In this document: positions 57,572 through 64,000 of the stretch, one piece after another
Layout: each line of letters begins with the position of its first letter
How positions within the stretch are numbered: the first letter of the stretch is position 1
Source: Octopus sinensis
Lineage: Eukaryota
Reading direction: 5' to 3'
Assembly: GCF_006345805.1 (NCBI RefSeq)
Contig: NC_043005.1
Coordinates: forward strand, 41,788,001-41,852,000
DNA: 64,000 bases
Position numbers and translations under genes: made by a program
Notes under the pieces: generated by a model
The model's input: only the letters and a program-made list of their open reading frames with translations
Told to the model about the DNA's origin: nothing
The model's database searches: none

Positions 57572-57618
<47 letters not shown>

Positions 57619-57699
57619 GATAGATAGATAGATAGATGAAAAGTTAGCAGTCCATACAAATCAAAAATGATAGTTAAATAAAGTAAATAAAATTTTGAA

Positions 57700-57990
57700 A
57701 AGGCACAGAAACAATTTAGAGAATGTTTAATAACAGGTTTATAAACAGGTCTGGATGTATCCATCTTATCAAATAGAAGAAATATCAGAAAGAATCTATG
57801 CGGGAGTCAGAGAGAAAAAAACTCTTTTATGGAGTTTAACGGTTTGTACCCAAATTTGAGTTTTTAAAGAACTGAGAACTGAAGTTCATTACGAACTCCA
57901 AAAAATTCTTTCTAAAAGTTCTAATATTTGATAAGATGGCTATATCGAAACCGGTTATACTTTATTAAACATTGTTTAAAATATACTCTT
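57700..57990. repeat. Decayed foldback
   Basis: CCATCTTATCAAATA (57761-75) is the reverse complement of 57925-39. AATGTTTAATA (57722-32) is the reverse complement of 57963-73. Confidence 0.7.
57925..57959 (+). ncRNA. Minimal type I hammerhead, U3-A8 variant
   Basis: TAT-TTGATAA-GAT-GGCTAT-ATC-GAAA-CCGG-TT-ATA, with predicted GUU cleavage after 57956. Confidence 0.7.
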
Positions 57991-58193
57991 GTGTCATATC
58001 CATCTTTTTTTTTTACTTTTGTAACTACACACACACACACACACACACACACAGATGTATGTATAGTTTTTGTAGGAGTTATAACTGACTTCTTAGCGCC
58101 TTTGGCGTCTACTTTTAGCATGTTGGAAAGGCTTATTTTCCGATACCTTTAACATAATTATATGATTATATATATATAAAAAAAAAAATATAA

Positions 58194-58236
<43 letters not shown>

Positions 58237-58331
58237 TTAATAATAATAATAATGATACTGATGATAATAATAATAATAATAAATTGTAACAACAAAAGGA
58301 GACCTCGGAATTTGAGAAATAGAGGATTACT

Positions 58332-58491
58332 TATATATGTTAAAAATTAGAACAAACGGTAAAAGCTCGTCATTATCGTACTCGGAGTTTCGAATGCTGC
58401 AAGCGAAGATCTATGATGCATTCTCGTTGGTTCTCCGGCATTCGAAACTCCGAGTACTAAAGTGACAACCTCTTACTTTGTTTTAACTTAT

Positions 58492-58500
<9 letters not shown>
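58332..58500. repeat. Hairpin with a perfect 20-bp core and an imperfect extension
   Basis: GTACTCGGAGTTTCGAATGC (58378-97) pairs with GCATTCGAAACTCCGAGTAC (58438-57). Confidence 0.9.
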
Positions 58501-58572
<72 letters not shown>

Positions 58573-58715
58573 GTGTGTGTGTGCATATATATATCAATAT
58601 ATATGTCTTTATATGTATAATATATTTATATGTATATATATATGTATATGTATATATATACATATGTTTGTATGTATGTTATATATATGTATGTATATAT
58701 ATATATGTATATGTA

Positions 58716-58756
<41 letters not shown>

Positions 58757-58839
58757 TAATAAATCTATATGTGTGTGTATAAATATATATGTACATAGAC
58801 ATATATCTATATATGCATATTTAACACACACACACACAT

Positions 58840-58885
<46 letters not shown>

Positions 58886-58916
58886 ACATACATACATATA
58901 TCGAGATAGATAGATG

Positions 58917-58992
<76 letters not shown>

Positions 58993-59052
58993 TGAATATA
59001 TAGATACACATGACTGCACACATAGTTGTGTACACCCCGTCACATATATGTT

Positions 59053-59099
<47 letters not shown>

Positions 59100-59317
59100 T
59101 TGTGTGTGTGTGTATGTGTGCGCGTAGAGAGAGGGAGAAAGAGGGAGGGAGAGAAAGAGGTTTGTGGATTAACATCGTTAATCCAGTCATCTCGTAAAAT
59201 TGAGGCATATGTTTAGGGTGTGTTGAATGGTCAGCTACTTGCACCTTAATTTCATGAGCAGGCCTTCCCATCGGTCGGATCAATTGACGCACTCTTTGTC
59301 GTAACCGAAGGAGTGCC

Positions 59318-59362
<45 letters not shown>

Positions 59363-59633
59363 TTACATATACACCAACACACACACACATGAGTGGTTTC
59401 TGAAAAGCTGCTATTTGTGGGTGAAAGAAAATACAGAAGGATCAGTCAATTATGATTTTACAACATAATAGCACCTCTGATTTTCACACTCATTGTAGTG
59501 GCCCTTCAGTTTTTCTAAGCCCTGAAAAGTACTCGGAAGGATGGGGCTCCAACCAGGCATCTCGTGAATCCCTTAAAGCTAGGATCTTAGGGTTCCTCCC
59601 TTGTGTATGGATATGCATATGTATGTATGTATG

Positions 59634-59667
<34 letters not shown>

Positions 59668-59724
59668 TGTATGTATGCATGCATGTATGCGTCTATGTCG
59701 TGTGCATGTGTGTATTCATGTGTA

Positions 59725-60065
59725 GAGGCGCGTGGCTAAGTGGTTAGGGAATTATACTCATGATCACGAGGTTTTGATACATGAACTGGATGAACCGTTG
59801 CATTCTTAAGCAAAACACTTCATTTCGTGTTGCTCCAGTGAACTCATTCGTCAAAAAGTGAAGAATCTTTAGATGGACCGGCATCGCGTTCAGTAAGGAT
59901 TAAATACGCCACAGTGTCCTAAAACAGTCTATATTAGAGACCGATAATATATAATAATGAAATTATTGTTTACAGTGCTCAGGTGCACCACAACAAAGTA
60001 CCAGCTTTAAAAAATTAAGTGCTCTAGCGTGGTCGCAGTCTAATGACTAAAACAAATAGAAGATA
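59725..60065 (+). mobile_element. tRNA-derived SINE (family C-like)
   Basis: GAGGCGCGTGGCTAAGTGGTTAGGG head and AAAACACTTCATTTCGTGTTGCTCCAGT body. Confidence 0.7.
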
Positions 60066-60614
60066 AAAAATAAAAGACCATACACACACACACACATATA
60101 CATATATATATAATATATATATATATACATACTATATATATACTTATATATATATATATATATAATATATATAATATATACATATATATATTATATATAT
60201 TATATATATATATTATTATATATATATATATAATATATATATGTATATATACATACATATATATACATATATGTATGTATATGTATATTATGTGTGTATA
60301 TATATATGTATGTATGTGTGTGCATGTGTGTGTATATGTTTGCATGTGTATGTGTGTATAAAGTACACGTGCACATAGAGTCACACATGCGCACGTAAAA
60401 CAGAAGTATTAACTGAATTGTTATAAGCAACAAAATTGTCCACTTTTAAGCGTGAATATTTCGCATAGCAGTTGCTTTTATTTTAATACGGTAGATCTCT
60501 CATATGTTTCAAAATACACTCATAGTTAGCTAAGTGAATGGTTGCAATCCAAAATCTTTTATCAATGCCACATATCTCGGCAAATACATACTTCATGTGT
60601 TTAAATAAATGCAA

Positions 60615-61250
60615 GCAGCGAGCTGGCAGAACCATTAGCACGGCAGAGGAAAAATGTTTTGCGGCATTTCGTCCGTCTTAAAGTTCTGAGTTCGAATTCC
60701 TCGGAGGTCAGTTTTGCCTTTCATATATTCGTGATCAATAAAATAAGTACTAGTTGATTAATTGGGTAGATGTTATTGACTTATATCCCGCTTCCTTTAA
60801 TTGCTAGCCTTGTGTCAACATTTGAAACTATTATTTAAAATAAATGTTGTGGGCTAACAGAAATGTTAGCACGCCGGGCGAAATGCGTAGCCGTATTTCG
60901 TCTGCCGCTACCTTCTAAGTTCGAATTCCGCCGAGGTCGACTTTGCCTTTCATCTTTACGGGGTCGATAAATTAAGTACCAGTTACGCACTGGAGTCGAT
61001 ATAATCGACTTAATCCCTTTGTCTGTCCTTGTTTGTCCCCTCTACGTGTAGCCCCTTGTGGGCAATAAAGAAATAAGAATCATTAGCTCATCAGACAAAT
61101 TGCTTAGCGTCGTTTCTTCCGGCTTTATATGCTGAGTTCTGCCTTTCAAGCTTTCAAAATCGATAAAATAAGTACCAATTGAGGACTGGGGTCGACGTAA
61201 TCGATCTCTCGATCCTATCAAAATTACTAACCTTGTGGCAAATAATAGAC
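60615..61250 (+). mobile_element. Three SINE family B copies (one well preserved at 60849-61077)
   Basis: GCGAGCTGGCAGAA...GAGTTCGAATTCC...GGGGTCGATAAATTAAGTACCAGT...GTGGGCAATAAAGAAATA. Confidence 0.85.
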
Positions 61251-61940
61251 TATTTAAATAATACAATAATTTTTTAAAATATGTCAAATCAACTGTTATT
61301 TTCCATAAAGTAACAGTTCCTTAATCTTATTGCCCATAAATATTGTTGTGTATAACATATTCACGGATGCTTTACATGTTATCAAATATGTTAAAGGAAA
61401 AATGTTTTGTTCACATCCCTTTTATAATTACACCTTGACACCTCTTGATCAAAACCATAGATACAAAGCCATTGTCAATGAAGACGAAATTGCTACGTTT
61501 GTGAGATTCAGTTTATATGACATATATTGTACCTCCCATACTCACTAGCTACTTTCTACTTCCATATGTCTTTCTATGCAGAAGAAGCGAGTCCATGAAC
61601 ACACACACACAAACACACGCACACCCCAAAATAAAAAGAGAATTAGCATAACTATTGATTTGTTATTGGAAATGAATAGCAGTATTGTTAGATGCAAAAT
61701 GTGTTCAACCGAAAAAACTGTAAAAAATGTCAACTGAACTGTGTAATTTATCACTTAAGGGACTTGATTTAGTTTTCACTGTCCAGCCTCCCCTTTCTTC
61801 TTCAAATAAATTTTAAATAGGTGCAAAAAAAATATTGGTTTCATAGTGTCGACACGAGTCGTTTCCCTTTGATTCAACTGGAAAGTACTATTGAGTCAAG
61901 CAAGTTATTTCCCTTGTATATATATATATATTATATATAT

Positions 61941-62014
<74 letters not shown>

Positions 62015-62259
62015 TTTGTGTGTGTGTGTATATATATGTGTGTGTGTGTGTGTTTTTATATATCTATATATATATATAGATATATAAACGAGAAAAAAAG
62101 CAATTGTACTAAATCTAATCCATTCTTGTTGCTTTTTTCTCGTTTATAATCACCCCACATTATTGTATGGTTAATACCATATAGTTTTCTCGTGCATCTA
62201 AGTTAAGTACCGCATTCAAGTGAATTCATTAGAACTGACTTGAATCTTAATTGCTTTTA

Positions 62260-62306
<47 letters not shown>

Positions 62307-62842
62307 GTATTCTTTTCTCTATCCTTCTTAATTAAAAACTATAAATATTCAAATTGTTGCCTTCGACTACTCCTGTCCAGAACTACATTTTCAAACGTAT
62401 TTTCGAACGTAGCCATTTCATATATGAAGAAAACAGCCCGTGATGTGATGGAGATTTCGTCGATATTTTCGCAGGCCTTGGGTCAATGTTAAGCCATACA
62501 TGCTGGCACATATAAACATAAAGTTTACCGGGCTGGTTATGAAGTCATTTCTTATAATTCAATCTTATATTGTTTACAAATGACTGGAAATGTTAGTGAA
62601 GTGACGTAAACCTGGCCAATGGGAAAGATATTATTGATTAAATTCAAAGGCACTGAATACGAAAGAGCACGCGACAAAGATAAATGCCTAAGCATAGGGA
62701 TTAAATGATTTAAATTGAGAAAGGTGAATGTCAATTTCCAGTGGGTGCATGCACGTGCGCGTGTGGGCGTGCGTTATTGTGTATGCGCATGTACACAGAC
62801 ACACACAGACGCACACGCACACACACATACATACATACATAC

Positions 62843-62873
<31 letters not shown>

Positions 62874-63075
62874 TGTATGTATGTATGCATGCATGTATGT
62901 ATGTATGTATGCATGTATGTATGTATGTATGTATGTATGTATGTATGTATGTATGTATGCGTGTTTGTATGTATATATGTATGTATATATCTATGTATAT
63001 ATACACCACGCATATACAAGCATGTATGTATAAACATAATGGGTATATGTATAAATGTATATAATAATAATAATG

Positions 63076-63135
<60 letters not shown>

Positions 63136-63237
63136 GCCCTGATGCAGTAGCAGGCAGTGGCTCTCGTGGCTTCTGATCTTAACTGATTGGAAATAACGAT
63201 ATAATCAAACATAAAACTAGCTTAAAGGATTCACCTA

Positions 63238-63555
63238 TGTGGAGGCACAATGGCCCAGTGGTTAGGGCAGCGGCCTCACAGTCGGAGGATCGCGGTTTCG
63301 ATTCTCAGATCGAGCATTGTGTTTGTTTATTGAGCGAAAACACCTAAAAGCTCCACGAGCTCCAGCAGAGGGTGGGCGGCCCCTGTTGTACTCTTTCGCC
63401 CCAACTTTCTCTCACTCTCTCTTCCTGCTTCTTGAGTAACACTGCGATGGACTGACGTCCCGTCCAGCTGGGGGGAACACATACGCTACAGAAAACGGAA
63501 AACCGGGCCTACGAGCTTGGCTAGGCTTGAAAAGGGCGCATAAATAAATAAAAAA
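63238..63555 (+). mobile_element. tRNA-derived SINE (distinct body)
   Basis: A box TGGCCCAGTGGTTAGG, B box GGTTTCGATTCTC, and an A-rich tail. Confidence 0.8.
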
Positions 63556-63934
63556 TGGATACATCTTTGAAAATGGCTGTGTTTCATTGGTTCTTTCAAC
63601 TAACGGTCTTATAAATTCTTCTTATCGTAAAATCGAAGGAAACCTTACATCGAAGGACAGATTCCAAATACATATGGTAAATAATTATATACCAAATATA
63701 AATCAATTAATACATTTAAATTAAAATTATAAATTTTCACTTTGTATAACATAAATATTTTTTCAGCAGTATATGCACATACTAAACCATCTATGATACA
63801 CATATATACACTAAAATATACAGATGCAACTACGTAGTTATATACATATATAGATGAGACATAAATATACACACAAATCCACATATGCATCTGTATATAC
63901 GCACACATGCACGCGCACAAAATCACTTAGTAAA

Positions 63935-64000
63935 CTTCTTTCAGTTTCCGTCAACCAAATCCACGAGGCTTTGGTCGGCCCGAGGCTATAATAGAAAACA
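63935..64000 (-). mobile_element. SINE family A head fragment (runs off the window)
   Basis: CTTCTTTCAGTTTCCGTCAACCAAATCCAC...GGCTTTGGTCGGCCCGAGGCTATA. Confidence 0.8.

Overview
This is repeat-dominated, AT-rich eukaryotic DNA, probably from an octopus; I infer the organism only from tRNA-derived SINE families that I recognise from Octopus genomes. No host protein-coding gene can be supported, and most ORF-track entries are microsatellite translations. The window holds decayed Tc1/mariner DNA transposons, Penelope-like element (PLE) fragments (RT and GIY-YIG), and a Tx1/L1-clade LINE with its 5' end but no 3' half. It also holds RLE-type and RTE LINE 3' fragments and more than 25 SINE copies. 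The main unexplained signal is a set of about ten type I hammerhead ribozyme (HHR) motifs with loopless palindromic stem III, found by eye. Several lie as outward-facing antisense/sense pairs in foldback palindromes, mostly beside (TA)n tracts (48082-48530, 51995-52417, decayed 57700-57990, half-motif 58332-58500). Three separate loci carry the compensatory U3-A8 core variant. All HHR calls are structural readings, and activity is untested.
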